The notes below the pieces were generated by a model, which was given only the letters and a program-made list of their open reading frames with translations, was not told the DNA's origin and did no database searches. Position numbers and translations under genes: made by a program. From Chloroflexota bacterium (GTDB taxonomy: Bacteria > Chloroflexota > Ktedonobacteria > Ktedonobacterales > JADMIN01): 64,000 nt of DNA. The stretch covers positions 8,662 through 72,661 of the forward strand of contig JAJPKE010000001.1 of NCBI GenBank assembly GCA_021323855.1, in the 5' to 3' direction. Below are positions 49,619 to 59,952 of this stretch, piece by piece. Position 1 is the stretch's first letter; the number at the start of each line of letters is the position of its first letter.

Positions 49619-52368
49619 TACTCGTAGCGTAGTACCTCCAGCGGGCGCACGCGCGTTGCGCCCCAGGCGACAAGCGCCGCCACCAGCATACAGGCGAGAA
49701 CCATCGCCGTCACCACCAACAGGACGATGATGGCGGGCGTGCCAAAATTGAAACCGAAGAGAAAGTTGCCGAAAAGCGGCACTATCGCCGCCACCAGCAG
49801 CATGCCCAGCAGCCCACCGATAAAGCCAATGACGCCGTTCTCCATCAGTACCTCACCCAGCACGCTGCGGCTGGTATGGCCCACCGCCTTCAAGATGCCC
49901 AGCTCGCGCCGCCGTTCCAGCATCGCCAGCGCCACTGCGTTCGCAATGATGATGAGCGCCGCCAGCAGCGCCAGCGAGGCCAGCGTTATCATCAGCGTCG
50001 TCAGATTGCCAATGATACTGTTGACCTGCGCCAGTATGTCGCCCAGGCTGTAGGTCTGGATTGTCGGCACGGCGTCTTGAATCTTCGCCAGCGTCACATC
50101 AGCAGTCTTCGGGTCAAGATAAAAATTGTAGACATAGGTAGGCTGGCCGCCGCTGATGTGTGTCACCACACTGTTATCCGCCAGCACTCTGCCAAACACC
50201 AGCCTGGCGCTATAAAAGCCGACGACGGTGAGTGTAGATTGCTGGTCGCTCGCTGATCTTCCAGCCTGGCCGCCAAGCGTGAATGTATCGCCCAGTTTCA
50301 GGTTCACTGGCGCCTGCGACGCCTGCACCGGCAACAGCACATTTCCAGTTCCCGCATCGCTGGCAGTGAGCATGCGTCCGACATGACTGTCATGTTTGCC
50401 CTGCACCAGTGTCACCAGCGTGCTGTCGGGTTTCTGCCCCTGCGCCAGATCAAATCCCTGGGTGGTGACAAAAGGCGCGATCACATCATCGGCGGTAAAT
50501 TGCCCCCCGGCGGTGGCTGATTGAATGAATGTTGCGATTGGTTGCCCGTTGATAGTTGTGGGCACTGAGTCGGCAAGAGTCGTCACCGATTTATGCGTGA
50601 CGCCAGAAATCTGAGCCAACTGCTGGTCTACTGCGGCTCTATCAGGGCCGCTCGCCAGGATGGCAGCGTCTATGTCCGTACTGTTGGCCAGAAAGTTGGT
50701 GACGCCACTCTGGATATCCTGCCCCAGCACCAGCACCAACCCAATTGCGAAAACGCCGATATACAGCGCCAGCAGCGTCGTCACTGTGCGCGCCTTCTGC
50801 CGTCCGACGTTGCGCAACGCGAGTTTGACATTCGCTTTCCACGTGCGCGGCAACAGCACGACGACGATGCCCAGCGCCGAGACGATCAGCAACAGGATAC
50901 CGATACCAGGGTTGATGATCGTCAGCCAGACGCTCACTGCCAGCGCCCCCGCCACGAGCAGTAGATACCACCAGTGAAGGCGTTCTGGTACTGGCAACTT
51001 GCTGACGAGCCAGGTGATGAAAGTGAAGAAGATGGCCAGCAGCGCCAAGAACACGGCAGTGCCGCCAACTGCTGCAATCGCCAGCACGACGTTTTGCAGC
51101 ACGCTCAACGCCAGGCCAAAGAAGAGCAGCAACAGCACGATCATCAGCAGCACTGTGAAGAGCCTGCTCCTGACGCCGCGCCCCTCTGGCAGTTCGCGCA
51201 GCACCGCCTGCGGACGCACCTGGCTCGCCTGGATAATCGGCACCAGACCAAAGATCAACGAGGTGAGCAGACCAACGACCACACCGGCGCCAACCGTCTG
51301 CGCATCAATGATCGTCGGCAGCGTAATGCCAAAGGTAGCTTGCATCAGCCCTTTCACCACGAAGCTGATGCCAACCCCCGCTGCCGCGCCGAGCAGACCG
51401 CCGAGCAGACCAACCAGCCCTGTCTCCAGGCCGAAGAGCGCATAGAGGTCGCGCTGGCGATAACCGTTGGTTTTGAGCATGGCAATCTCGATGCGCCGAC
51501 GACGCAGCATCACCTGTATGGTATTCATGATGCCTACGCCACCAATCAAGAGCGCCAGCAGGCCGATGATTTGCAGGAAATAGCGAATCTGGTCTACCTG
51601 CTGCTGATTGCTCGCCAAAAGCTGCTGGGTCGTCTGCGTGCTGACCAGCGGAAATTGCTGCTGGATGCGCTGCGCGACGTTCGCCGCATTGGCATCGCTA
51701 TGCCCCGGAACATCCACGTAGACGGTTGTATAGCCTGCCGGCTGGCCCGTGGCACTCGGCAGCGCCGCATACGTGTCATAGTCAATCAGCAGAAACGACC
51801 CCTGAAAGTAGCCGTTGCTCTCGACAATGCCGCCAATTGTGGCATTGAACGAACGGCCATCCTGCACGGAGACGCGAATGGTATCACCCACCGATAGATT
51901 GAAAATCTGCGCTGCATCCGTGGTAATGACGACTGTATCGCCGTGCAGCAACGAGCGCAGGCTCGCGTTGGCCGGCTGTGTGAAGGTCGGCGCGTCTACG
52001 AGTGGGAAACTTGCTGGATGGACGGCAGCGATATTGATTCGTTGCGTGGCGGTTCCGCCATGCACCCGCGCCTGTGCCCGATCTACGAAGATCGCGGTAT
52101 AGGCGGTGATCGTGCCCTGCGCCTTCAATTGATCGAAGTATCCCAGATCGCTTGCCATTAGCGGCGTTTCGCCGCTAATGATCTGAATATCGCCACCGTT
52201 GATGTCGCGCACGTTGCCCAGCAATCCCTGGGTGATGGAATTGCCGACGAGTTGCAATGCGACAATCGCCATCACGCCGACGGCGATACAAAAGATTGCC
52301 AGCAGGGTGCGCTGGCCGCCACGCGCCAGCGAGCGCGTCGCATAGCGCCAATATAAACCGAGTTTCAT
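49618..52368 (-). CDS. FtsX/MacB-type ABC transporter permease (double module, 916 aa)
   Basis: Two FtsX modules (MLRRRRIEIAMLKTNGY... and MLERRRELGILKAVGH...), each with 4 TM, plus large extracytoplasmic segments. Confidence 0.9.
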   Translation of the reverse strand: MKLGLYWRYATRSLARGGQRTLLAIFCIAVGVMAIVALQLVGNSITQGLLGNVRDINGGDIQIISGETPLMASDLGYFDQLKAQGTITAYTAIFVDRAQARVHGGTATQRINIAAVHPASFPLVDAPTFTQPANASLRSLLHGDTVVITTDAAQIFNLSVGDTIRVSVQDGRSFNATIGGIVESNGYFQGSFLLIDYDTYAALPSATGQPAGYTTVYVDVPGHSDANAANVAQRIQQQFPLVSTQTTQQLLASNQQQVDQIRYFLQIIGLLALLIGGVGIMNTIQVMLRRRRIEIAMLKTNGYRQRDLYALFGLETGLVGLLGGLLGAAAGVGISFVVKGLMQATFGITLPTIIDAQTVGAGVVVGLLTSLIFGLVPIIQASQVRPQAVLRELPEGRGVRSRLFTVLLMIVLLLLFFGLALSVLQNVVLAIAAVGGTAVFLALLAIFFTFITWLVSKLPVPERLHWWYLLLVAGALAVSVWLTIINPGIGILLLIVSALGIVVVLLPRTWKANVKLALRNVGRQKARTVTTLLALYIGVFAIGLVLVLGQDIQSGVTNFLANSTDIDAAILASGPDRAAVDQQLAQISGVTHKSVTTLADSVPTTINGQPIATFIQSATAGGQFTADDVIAPFVTTQGFDLAQGQKPDSTLVTLVQGKHDSHVGRMLTASDAGTGNVLLPVQASQAPVNLKLGDTFTLGGQAGRSASDQQSTLTVVGFYSARLVFGRVLADNSVVTHISGGQPTYVYNFYLDPKTADVTLAKIQDAVPTIQTYSLGDILAQVNSIIGNLTTLMITLASLALLAALIIIANAVALAMLERRRELGILKAVGHTSRSVLGEVLMENGVIGFIGGLLGMLLVAAIVPLFGNFLFGFNFGTPAIIVLLVVTAMVLACMLVAALVAWGATRVRPLEVLRYE

Positions 52369-52522
52369 AGGTTCGGCTCCTGTTCTTGCTTCTATCGTCT
52401 CTATCGTCTTTGCAGAAAAGTGCCAGGCTTGGGCGTAAACCGCTCCCTGGCAATCCCAAAAGCGAATTGCCGGATATGCTATCTGATGTGGTTGTGTAAA
52501 GTGGCGACAGGGCCGCTACTGC

Positions 52523-53257
52523 TTACTCGCCGTTGGCCACCAGGCCGTCCACGATGCGAATCGAGCGGTCGGCGGAGGAGGCGACGTTGGGGTCATGGGT
52601 GGCGATCACAAACGTCGTGCCGGTCGCCTGCCGCAGATCGCGGATCATCTGCAACACATTGTCGCCGTTCTTCTTGTCCAGATTGCCGGTCGGCTCATCC
52701 ATGATGACGATGGCTGGGTTGGTGGCTAAGGCCCGCGCCACCGCCACCCGCTGCTGCTCCCCACCGCTCATCTGATTGGGTTTGTTGCCCAGCCGGTGGC
52801 CTAACCCCACCAGGGTGAGTAACTCTTTGGCGCGGTCACTGGGTTTCCCAGGATGCTTGCCGACATAGAGCGGCACCTCAACGTTCTCCTGGGCAGTCAG
52901 CGTGGGGATGAGGTTGAAGGCTTGGAAGACCATGCCGATCTTCTGATTGCGCACCGCCGCCAGTTTGCCCTCGCTCATGCGGGTGATGTCCACCCCATCC
53001 ACGAAGACTTGACCGCTGGTGGGATTATCCAATCCAGCGATGATGCCGAGCAGGGTAGATTTGCCAGACCCCGACGGACCGACGATGGCGACGAATGCGC
53101 CATGCTCGATGCGCAGGCTGATGCCTTTGAGGATGTCAATGCGCTCGCGGCCCAGCGGCAGCGATTTGCGGATGTCTATCGCCTCGAGCGCGGCTTGGGC
53201 GCCTGTGGCTATGGAACGAGCGGACCGGAGTTGCTCCGGGTTAGTGGTGTTTGCCAT
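52523..53257 (-). CDS. ABC transporter ATP-binding protein (MacB/LolD type)
   Basis: Trimmed to Met 53257. GPSGSGKST, MSGGEQQRVAVARAL, IVIMDEPTGNLD. Confidence 0.9.
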   Translation of the reverse strand: MANTTNPEQLRSARSIATGAQAALEAIDIRKSLPLGRERIDILKGISLRIEHGAFVAIVGPSGSGKSTLLGIIAGLDNPTSGQVFVDGVDITRMSEGKLAAVRNQKIGMVFQAFNLIPTLTAQENVEVPLYVGKHPGKPSDRAKELLTLVGLGHRLGNKPNQMSGGEQQRVAVARALATNPAIVIMDEPTGNLDKKNGDNVLQMIRDLRQATGTTFVIATHDPNVASSADRSIRIVDGLVANGE

Positions 53258-53502
53258 AGTGAAATTTGCCTTTCTGTTGGCGATGACTGGATCATCGCTC
53301 GCTAGGTTTTGACGCGAAAGATCTCCGCGACAGGTCTTCGGGTCAATGGAAGAGCTGCGTGTTGGGCGCGAAAGGTGCAGGAAATCTCTGGCCAGCGTGA
53401 ATGACGCCGCTGGCATGTTCAAATCAGTCCAAGTGGTAAGGGGGCAGTTGGAAACAGTTGCCCTATCGGATGCTTACCGCACTAAAAGAGAGAGGAGAAT
53501 CA

Positions 53503-54297
53503 TCAATAGGCGCGCCTCCTGAAGAGCACAAGGGCGACGATGACAGGAATGGCAGCGACAATCACTGAGACGAGCAGCGATTGCCAGGGAAAACTGTTGC
53601 CAGCGAAGGCATCGAGATTGGACCAATAGGTTCCCAGGCTCAACGCCACGACACTGTTGTGCGTGATGGTGCTCCACCCGAAATCCTGCGCCAGATTATA
53701 GAGATATGTTGGCAAATCGCTCATCAGGAAAACACTCACAAGAGCAACGATCATCGCGAGCAATGTTCCTCGTATTACCACGGAACAGACCAACGCCACC
53801 CCCAGGACGAAGAGTGTTTCGAGCCAGAACAAGATGATCGAAATCACCACACCGCCCGGATGCTGTGGATGGCCATAGGCAGCGGGAACCACCAGCGCGG
53901 CGAGGCCGATCAACACGACGAGGCCGAGTAGCAATGCTGCGCAGACCGCATACTTCGTGAGCAGCAGCCGGTCACGACTGACCGGACGGCTGAGCAGAAA
54001 GAACATCGAGCCTCTGCTGGTTTCGCTGGCAATCAATCCCGCGCCCAGCGCTGCCGCCAATACCAGCAGCATGAACGCAAAGCCAGTGTTGAGCGTGAAG
54101 CTGAAGATCCAGACGGCGCTATCATAAGCCGAAACGGGCTGGCTCGCCACAGCGGAAAGATTGTGCAGGCGATGCGCTACATAGGTAGCATCTATATCGG
54201 CAGGGCTGGTGAAAACGAGATTCAGGGCGATGAACAGCGGAATCAGCAGGCCAGGGAGAACTTTCCACTTTGCCTCTCGCAGTTCTTTAGCGATCAT
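53503..54297 (-). CDS. ABC-2-like transporter permease
   Basis: 264 aa, ~6 TM. 4-nt overlap with the upstream ATPase gene. Confidence 0.7.
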   Translation of the reverse strand: MIAKELREAKWKVLPGLLIPLFIALNLVFTSPADIDATYVAHRLHNLSAVASQPVSAYDSAVWIFSFTLNTGFAFMLLVLAAALGAGLIASETSRGSMFFLLSRPVSRDRLLLTKYAVCAALLLGLVVLIGLAALVVPAAYGHPQHPGGVVISIILFWLETLFVLGVALVCSVVIRGTLLAMIVALVSVFLMSDLPTYLYNLAQDFGWSTITHNSVVALSLGTYWSNLDAFAGNSFPWQSLLVSVIVAAIPVIVALVLFRRRAY

Positions 54298-55310
54298 GGC
54301 CGGCCCTCCATCAGGTACGCTAACGCAATGTGTTCCAGGTTCAAATTGACAACTTCTACATCGCGTAGCGCATACGGGCGCTCCTGCACGCTGGTGGCCA
54401 GCGCATCCGCATCACCGCGCACCCGCAGGCGCACGCTACGTCCCTCCTGCTCTACATTCACCACGCCGGGCAAGGCGCGCAGGGCATCGAGTTCACTCTC
54501 CGGCGGTAGCTCAGCGTAAGTGACGCGCACCAGCTTGTGCGTCTGCTTGAGCGTATCGAGTTCGCCGCTCAATACCAGCCTGCCGCTGCGCAGAATACCC
54601 ACCCAATCGGCCACAGCCTCGACATCCGCCAGGATATGCGACGAGAAGAAGATCGTCTTTCCTTCGCTGGCAATATCGCCAACCAGTGTGCTGAGGAAGG
54701 TATGGCGCGCGATGGGATCGAGTCCAGCGGTCGGCTCGTCCAGCAGCAGCAAATCAGGATCGTTGCCCAGCGCCAGGCAGAGCGCCAGTTGCATCCGCAT
54801 CCCTTTGGAGAGCTTGCCGATTTTGGCATTGCCTGGCAGGTCGAAGAGGCGCAGATAGCGGTCTACGATATCCTGATGCCATTGGCGGCTGGTATCGCGG
54901 CAGAAGGCGCAGATTTGCGGAATGGTGAGATAGGTATAGAGGCTATTCTCTTCGCTGACATAGCCCACCCGCGCGCAAACTTCCAGCCGCTGGCGTACCA
55001 CGTCATAGCCAAGCACGCGGACGCTGCCGCCGTTGGGTGGCCGGAATCCCAGCAATGTCTTGATGATCGTCGTCTTGCCTGCGCCGTTGGCGCCGAGCAG
55101 ACCGTAGACAGAGCCGCGCGGCACAACGAGCGTCAGCCCTTCGATGGCCCGCCGTTTCCCATAGGAGACAACGAGGTTGTTGATCTCAATCGCCGGGGAC
55201 GAGGATCGTGACAGCGGCGGGTACTGTGCGGGCGTCAATTCGTCATGTTGTGGATGAAGTGCCGTCACGTTCAGCCGCTCCTCTTCCATCAATGCAGTCA
55301 CTTGCGCCAT
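54294..55310 (-). CDS. ABC transporter ATP-binding protein
   Basis: GANGAGKTT, LSKGMRMQLAL, LLLLDEPTAGLD. Start ATG 55310 after GGAGGTG. Confidence 0.9.
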   Translation of the reverse strand: MAQVTALMEEERLNVTALHPQHDELTPAQYPPLSRSSSPAIEINNLVVSYGKRRAIEGLTLVVPRGSVYGLLGANGAGKTTIIKTLLGFRPPNGGSVRVLGYDVVRQRLEVCARVGYVSEENSLYTYLTIPQICAFCRDTSRQWHQDIVDRYLRLFDLPGNAKIGKLSKGMRMQLALCLALGNDPDLLLLDEPTAGLDPIARHTFLSTLVGDIASEGKTIFFSSHILADVEAVADWVGILRSGRLVLSGELDTLKQTHKLVRVTYAELPPESELDALRALPGVVNVEQEGRSVRLRVRGDADALATSVQERPYALRDVEVVNLNLEHIALAYLMEGRP

Positions 55311-55401
55311 ATGTACCACCTCCTACGCTGGCAAGAGGCTATCGAGCAGGTGTGGCGGTCACATCCCAGTGCTGGGCAGCGCTTCACCTGCGACGCATCT
55401 G

Positions 55402-55806
55402 TTACCCTTCGTCGTGTTCGTTGTGATAGAACCGCTCCACTTCGGCGGCGAAGCGGGCGCGCAGATCATCTTCGCTGATGTTCATGTGGGAGGCGTCTCG
55501 CACGACGCCGCGCAGGCGCTCGAAGAGGGCGCTTTGCTGCTGCGCGTGCAATGTGCCGTTGAGATTGGCGGTGACGGTCGTCCCCACCCCTGGCCGGCTT
55601 TCGATGAGTCCGAGATTCTCAAGCTCGCTATAGGCTTTGACAATGGTATTGGGCGCGATGGTCAGTTCACCCGCAAGCTGGCGCACCGTTGGGAGGTGAT
55701 CGCCGGGCCGCAGGATGCCAACTTCGAGGGCGTGCCTGATCTGCTCGACGAGTTGTACATAGATCGGCACCCCGCTACGCGGGTTGACATCGAGCCAGTT
55801 CGGCAT
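55402..55806 (-). CDS. GntR family (YtrA subfamily) transcriptional regulator
   Basis: VPIYVQLVEQIRHALEVGILRPGDHLPTVRQLAGELTIAPNTIVKAYSELENLGLIESRPGVGTTV with a short C-terminal tail. Confidence 0.9.
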   Translation of the reverse strand: MPNWLDVNPRSGVPIYVQLVEQIRHALEVGILRPGDHLPTVRQLAGELTIAPNTIVKAYSELENLGLIESRPGVGTTVTANLNGTLHAQQQSALFERLRGVVRDASHMNISEDDLRARFAAEVERFYHNEHDEG

Positions 55807-55820
55807 GCCTCACACTCCCC

Positions 55821-55869
55821 TGTATCATTGTCGCATAATTATGATACATTGACACACAACATTTGTCAA
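55821..55869 (-). promoter_or_regulatory. Sigma-70-type promoter with overlapping palindromic operator of the GntR-ABC operon
   Basis: On the minus strand: TTGACA (55869-55864), 17 nt spacer, TATCAT (55846-55841). Inverted repeat TGTATCAT (55821-55828) / ATGATACA (55841-55848) with a 12-nt spacer overlaps the -10. Confidence 0.55.
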
Positions 55870-55903
55870 GAGGAACAGTGCGCTCCATGAAAAAGTCTTT
55901 ACC

Positions 55904-57022
55904 TTAGTGGCGCAGCCCCAGCACAGCGAGGACCAGCTCAACGGCGATCAGTACAATCACCAGCAATTCCAGCAGTGTCGCCCAGGCTTCCTGCGCCTCA
56001 TCATGCAACAGCGATGCCGTCTCACGCAGCACCGTCAGCGTCTCGTTGATGCTGCGGCGCCAGACCTCCACCCGCAGGATGGTGAGCGCCGCCGAATAGA
56101 CGCGATTCCAATAGACATCTTCGGTCACTTTGAGCGCATTTTCCACCCGCGCACTGGTATCGGTAATTTCGGCGATCAGGCTGTAGATTTCATGCTGGAA
56201 GCTATTGGAGGCGCGCAGGCGTCCCCAGGCGGGGCGGCGGCGCTGCGCGATGCGGGGAACCAGCCGGGCGAGGTCTTGCTCCGCCTCGGCATCGTAGGAG
56301 CGGAAGGCCAGCAGTTGCGCATTGGCAAACTCCAACAAGAGCGCCGCGTCGTCGCGCGCTGCGGCGTCTGGCTCGATGACGATGGCGGCGCTCCAGGTCA
56401 GCAGCGTGAGATCATCCTCATAGTAGCTGAAGGTCGTCGCCAGCGCCCGCGCGGCTGAGCTGAGCGTGCGCCGTTCGCCCAGTGCTGCCTGCAAGAGCGC
56501 CGGATGCTGAGCTAATTGCGAGGCCGCCGGTCCATCATCCATCCGTTCCACCAACAAGATGGCATAGTCTTCCGTGCGAATGATCGCGTTGGGCCGTTCG
56601 ATGGCCGGTTCCAGCATCGTATGCAGCGTATCGAGGTGGTGGTTGAAGGTATCCATCACTGGCGCGGGATAGTTCTGGACGCAGGCCATTAGTTCGGTGA
56701 TACTTTCCCAGGTCTCCGGTTCGTGTAGGGGAATAATCATGCGGAAAGCGAGGATGCCAAGATCGTAGATACGCGCGTGGAGGTAGGCGCGCACCTCGCG
56801 TTCGCCAATTGGCAGCGTATAGTCGCCCATGCTGATTTCCAGCGGAAGCTGCGGGATATCTATGCTGCTGCCGCCCCGGCTGGCCACCGGACGCACACGG
56901 GCGCTGGGCGTCGCCAGCGTCGCGCGGGCGCGTTCCAAATCAATGCTATAGCTGATATCATAGAGTTGATAGAGGTGAAGCGCCGCCCGCTGCACCTGCG
57001 GCGCGGTGGTTGCTGTTGCCAC
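55904..57022 (-). CDS. DUF155/RMD1-like protein with C-terminal TM helix
   Basis: GTG start. The tail TEDVYWNRVYSAALTILRVEVWRRSINETL...LLELLVIVLIAVELVLAVLGL resembles the DUF155 family as I recall it. Moderate certainty. Confidence 0.6.
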   Translation of the reverse strand: MATATTAPQVQRAALHLYQLYDISYSIDLERARATLATPSARVRPVASRGGSSIDIPQLPLEISMGDYTLPIGEREVRAYLHARIYDLGILAFRMIIPLHEPETWESITELMACVQNYPAPVMDTFNHHLDTLHTMLEPAIERPNAIIRTEDYAILLVERMDDGPAASQLAQHPALLQAALGERRTLSSAARALATTFSYYEDDLTLLTWSAAIVIEPDAAARDDAALLLEFANAQLLAFRSYDAEAEQDLARLVPRIAQRRRPAWGRLRASNSFQHEIYSLIAEITDTSARVENALKVTEDVYWNRVYSAALTILRVEVWRRSINETLTVLRETASLLHDEAQEAWATLLELLVIVLIAVELVLAVLGLRH

Positions 57023-57457
57023 GATACTCTATCTCCCCTCTATCACAAGAAATGAGGCGGCCTTGCCCTGTGATCTTCCTCTTCGATATCTGCTCTATCA
57101 GCTCGCTCAATGTGCCGGTCTCATGGTGTTTGCTGCCCGGTGAGTGTGGCGGGCTGTGCCGGTTCAAGGTCGCTGCTACAGGGATTCTTCTGCGGTTGAG
57201 CGGCATCAGGCGAAAACCCTTTCTGCACAGAGGATTGTTCATCATTCCCGGCGATTCACCTACGAACCAGTATAGATGGCTCGTCAAGCGGCGGATGTGC
57301 CTGGATGCGCTCGCGGCTGAATATGTATGCGTTCAGGGCACTGTTGCCTGGCTCCTATGCAGGTGGAACGCCAATGGAGCGGGCGAAGGTGATAGCGGTC
57401 GCCAATGGTGTTGCCTGCTTTGGCGCATTGAACCGCGTGGTCTATAGTGCGTAGTAT

Positions 57458-58966
57458 ATGCTGATAGATGCAGGTGGAGGATCCGCCTTGCTGTGCAATC
57501 GCCTGGAGGTAGCCGTTTTGCTCGTTTCCCTACGTCCACAAGAATCCGTCGCCGTCGCTGAAGATGGCCGCTCTCTGCTTTCCCGCCGCCAACTGCTGGG
57601 ACTCAGCGTACTCTGGTTCGCACTCAACTTTCAGTTTGCCTCGCTACTGCCGATTGTCATTCCCGCGCAGATTTTGCTGCTGGTAACACCTGGCGCGGCG
57701 GGCAGCGCGCAACAGGCGCTGGTGCTGGGTGGGCTGGCGGCGCTGGGCGCGGTCACAGCGGTGGTGCTGCAACCGCTGGTCGGCGCGCTCTCCGACCGCA
57801 CAAAGAGCCGGCTAGGACGGCGACGCCCCTACATCCTGGGTGGTGGCCTGTTGATGCTGGTGGGACTGACGTTACTCGCAGCCAGCCATGTCATTGCGCT
57901 CTACGTCGTCGGGCTGTTCCTGGTGGTGGTGGCGAATACGGTCAGCGGCACCGCCGGGCAGGGCCTTGTGCCCGATTGCGTTCCGGCGCGGCAACGTGGC
58001 ACGGCCTCCGGCTATATGGGGCTGATGACCATTCTCGGCACGGTAGGCAGCCTGGCGGTGGCGTCAGTGCTGCTCAGCCAGAACAGCATCGGGCATGGCA
58101 TGGCAGCAGGCACGTTCGATGGCGCGGCGCTCTTCTATACGTTGGCGGCGGCGGTGCTGATCGTGAGCATCGGCATTACGATTGTCGGCGTGCGCGAAGC
58201 GCCACACCTGCATTTCCCGCATCTCCATCACCATGCTTCCGGCGTGGAGGCTGGCACGACGGAGAACGCGGCATCGGGTACGCATCGCGCGCCGAAGTTG
58301 CCACTACGCCAGCGGTTCGTGCAGATGTGGATTGCGCCGTGGCGTCATGCCAACTTCACCTGGGTCTTCCTCACGCGCGGCTTCGTGATGCTGGGGCTGG
58401 CGCTTTTCATGACGTATATCGAATATTATTTTGCGCGGGTGCAGCATCTGACGAACTTCGTGCAGGCAACAGCCTTCAACGCCATTCTCGCACTGCTGGG
58501 CGCGGTATGCAGCACGCTGGTGCTGGGCATCCTCTCGGACCGCCTGCGCCGCCGCGTGCCCATCGTCTTCATCTCCACGGCCTGCATGGCGCTGGCGGCG
58601 CTCACTTTCGTCGTGGCGCCGGGGCGACTACCACTCTGGCCGCTGGGCATCCTCTTCGGCCTGGGCTACGGCGCATATATGAGCGTTGACGTGGCGCTCG
58701 CCATTGATGCCCTGCCCTCCCAGCACGACGCTGGCAAAGACCTCGGCCTCTGGAACATCGCCTCTACGCTCCAGAGTGTGATTGCACCGCTACTCGGTAG
58801 CATCGTCATCTTCATCGCCGGACACTTTGGCGCGCTGGCGCTTGGCTACCGCACGATCTTCGGTCTGGCGGCGCTCTTCCTGGTCTTTGGCGCTGTCTTC
58901 ATCCTCAAAGTGCGTGAGGCACACCACCACAAGCCAAAACCTGCGCAGGATGCTGCGGCGGCATAG
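57458..58966 (+). CDS. MFS transporter
   Basis: ~12 TM, with GALSDRTKSRLGRRRPYILGG between TM2 and TM3. The real start is probably downstream of 57458 (uncertain). Confidence 0.8.
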   Translation: MLIDAGGGSALLCNRLEVAVLLVSLRPQESVAVAEDGRSLLSRRQLLGLSVLWFALNFQFASLLPIVIPAQILLLVTPGAAGSAQQALVLGGLAALGAVTAVVLQPLVGALSDRTKSRLGRRRPYILGGGLLMLVGLTLLAASHVIALYVVGLFLVVVANTVSGTAGQGLVPDCVPARQRGTASGYMGLMTILGTVGSLAVASVLLSQNSIGHGMAAGTFDGAALFYTLAAAVLIVSIGITIVGVREAPHLHFPHLHHHASGVEAGTTENAASGTHRAPKLPLRQRFVQMWIAPWRHANFTWVFLTRGFVMLGLALFMTYIEYYFARVQHLTNFVQATAFNAILALLGAVCSTLVLGILSDRLRRRVPIVFISTACMALAALTFVVAPGRLPLWPLGILFGLGYGAYMSVDVALAIDALPSQHDAGKDLGLWNIASTLQSVIAPLLGSIVIFIAGHFGALALGYRTIFGLAALFLVFGAVFILKVREAHHHKPKPAQDAAAA

Positions 58967-59054
58967 TTGCCGTAGTGGCTGGGGCATGAAAATTGCCGTC
59001 ACCTGCACAGGAATGCGGAAGCGCCACCGCTCCCGCAGAGAAGTGGTGGTGACG

Positions 59055-59879
59055 ATGACAGCGGAACACTCAGGCGAGGCAGCGCGCAAAAGCCAGCCCG
59101 TCATCAGCAGGCGCATACGGCAGGCCGATAGCTACGGGATTGTGTTGGGTCTCATCGTCCTGGACTACATCACTGTCTCGGCGCTGGCGGGCAGGGCGTG
59201 GGGCCGGGTGATAATCATCTTTTTGCTGGGCGCTACCTTCCTGTTCGCGCTGCGTACCTCACATGCGCGTGGCCTCTTACAATTGCTGGCCGCCGCCTAC
59301 CTGCTGATAAGTACGCTGGTGGCGCTGGTGAGCGTCGTAGCGCCGGGCGCGCCAGACATTAGCCAGCAAGTCTCCATTGCCGGCGGACTCTTGCTGATTA
59401 TCACGCCGGTTGCCATTGTGCGCCGTGTCAGCGCGCATCAGGTGGTAACGACGGAATCGGTGCTGGGCGCGGTCTGCGTGTATCTGCTCATTGGATTCTC
59501 GTTCGCCTTCATCTATCTCGCCATCAATTTTTTCAGTCCTGCCTCGTTCCCGTTCTTTGCTGGTCAGCCGCATGCGACGGCCAACGACTACCTCTTTTTC
59601 AGCTACACAACGCTCACCACCGTCGGCTATGGCAACCTCGTGCCGGCAGGCAACATCGGGCAGACGTTCGCCATGCTGGAGGCGCTCTTCGGCCAGATTT
59701 ACCTCGTCATCATCGTGGCGCGGCTGGTGGCGTTGTGGGGGCAGGCGCGAACACGCCCGGAACTTCGCCCACCGGAAGATATGCGAGAAGATACGAAGGC
59801 TGACACTGCACAGCAACGTGGTGATGCGCCTGCTGCTACGCCAGCGCCGGATGTTGTCTCTCATAATGAGAAACCGTAG
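59055..59879 (+). CDS. Potassium channel family protein
   Basis: Trimmed to Met 59055 (alternatives 58986 and 59013). Selectivity filter TTLTTVGYGNLVP between two TM helices, with extra N-terminal TMs. Confidence 0.8.
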   Translation: MTAEHSGEAARKSQPVISRRIRQADSYGIVLGLIVLDYITVSALAGRAWGRVIIIFLLGATFLFALRTSHARGLLQLLAAAYLLISTLVALVSVVAPGAPDISQQVSIAGGLLLIITPVAIVRRVSAHQVVTTESVLGAVCVYLLIGFSFAFIYLAINFFSPASFPFFAGQPHATANDYLFFSYTTLTTVGYGNLVPAGNIGQTFAMLEALFGQIYLVIIVARLVALWGQARTRPELRPPEDMREDTKADTAQQRGDAPAATPAPDVVSHNEKP

Positions 59880-59952
59880 ATTGCAGGGTAGCCTTCGGAC
59901 TCGCCGGCCCACAATTCGCCGCTGTCAAGCATTGTGATGGAGTGGTTGCTCG

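Noticed and set aside
53442-53463. Hairpin GGGCAGTTG-GAAA-CAGTTGCCC (GNRA loop, with two G-U pairs only on the plus strand) between two minus-strand ABC operons.
   Set aside because: It pairs well only as plus-strand RNA, where no gene is present. On the minus strand it has two A-C mismatches, so it is too weak to call a terminator or ncRNA.
57023-57457. 435-bp gap upstream of the MFS transporter at 57458; possible ncRNA or mis-set start.
   Set aside because: No recognisable RNA motif. The transporter start itself is uncertain, so the gap size may be overestimated.
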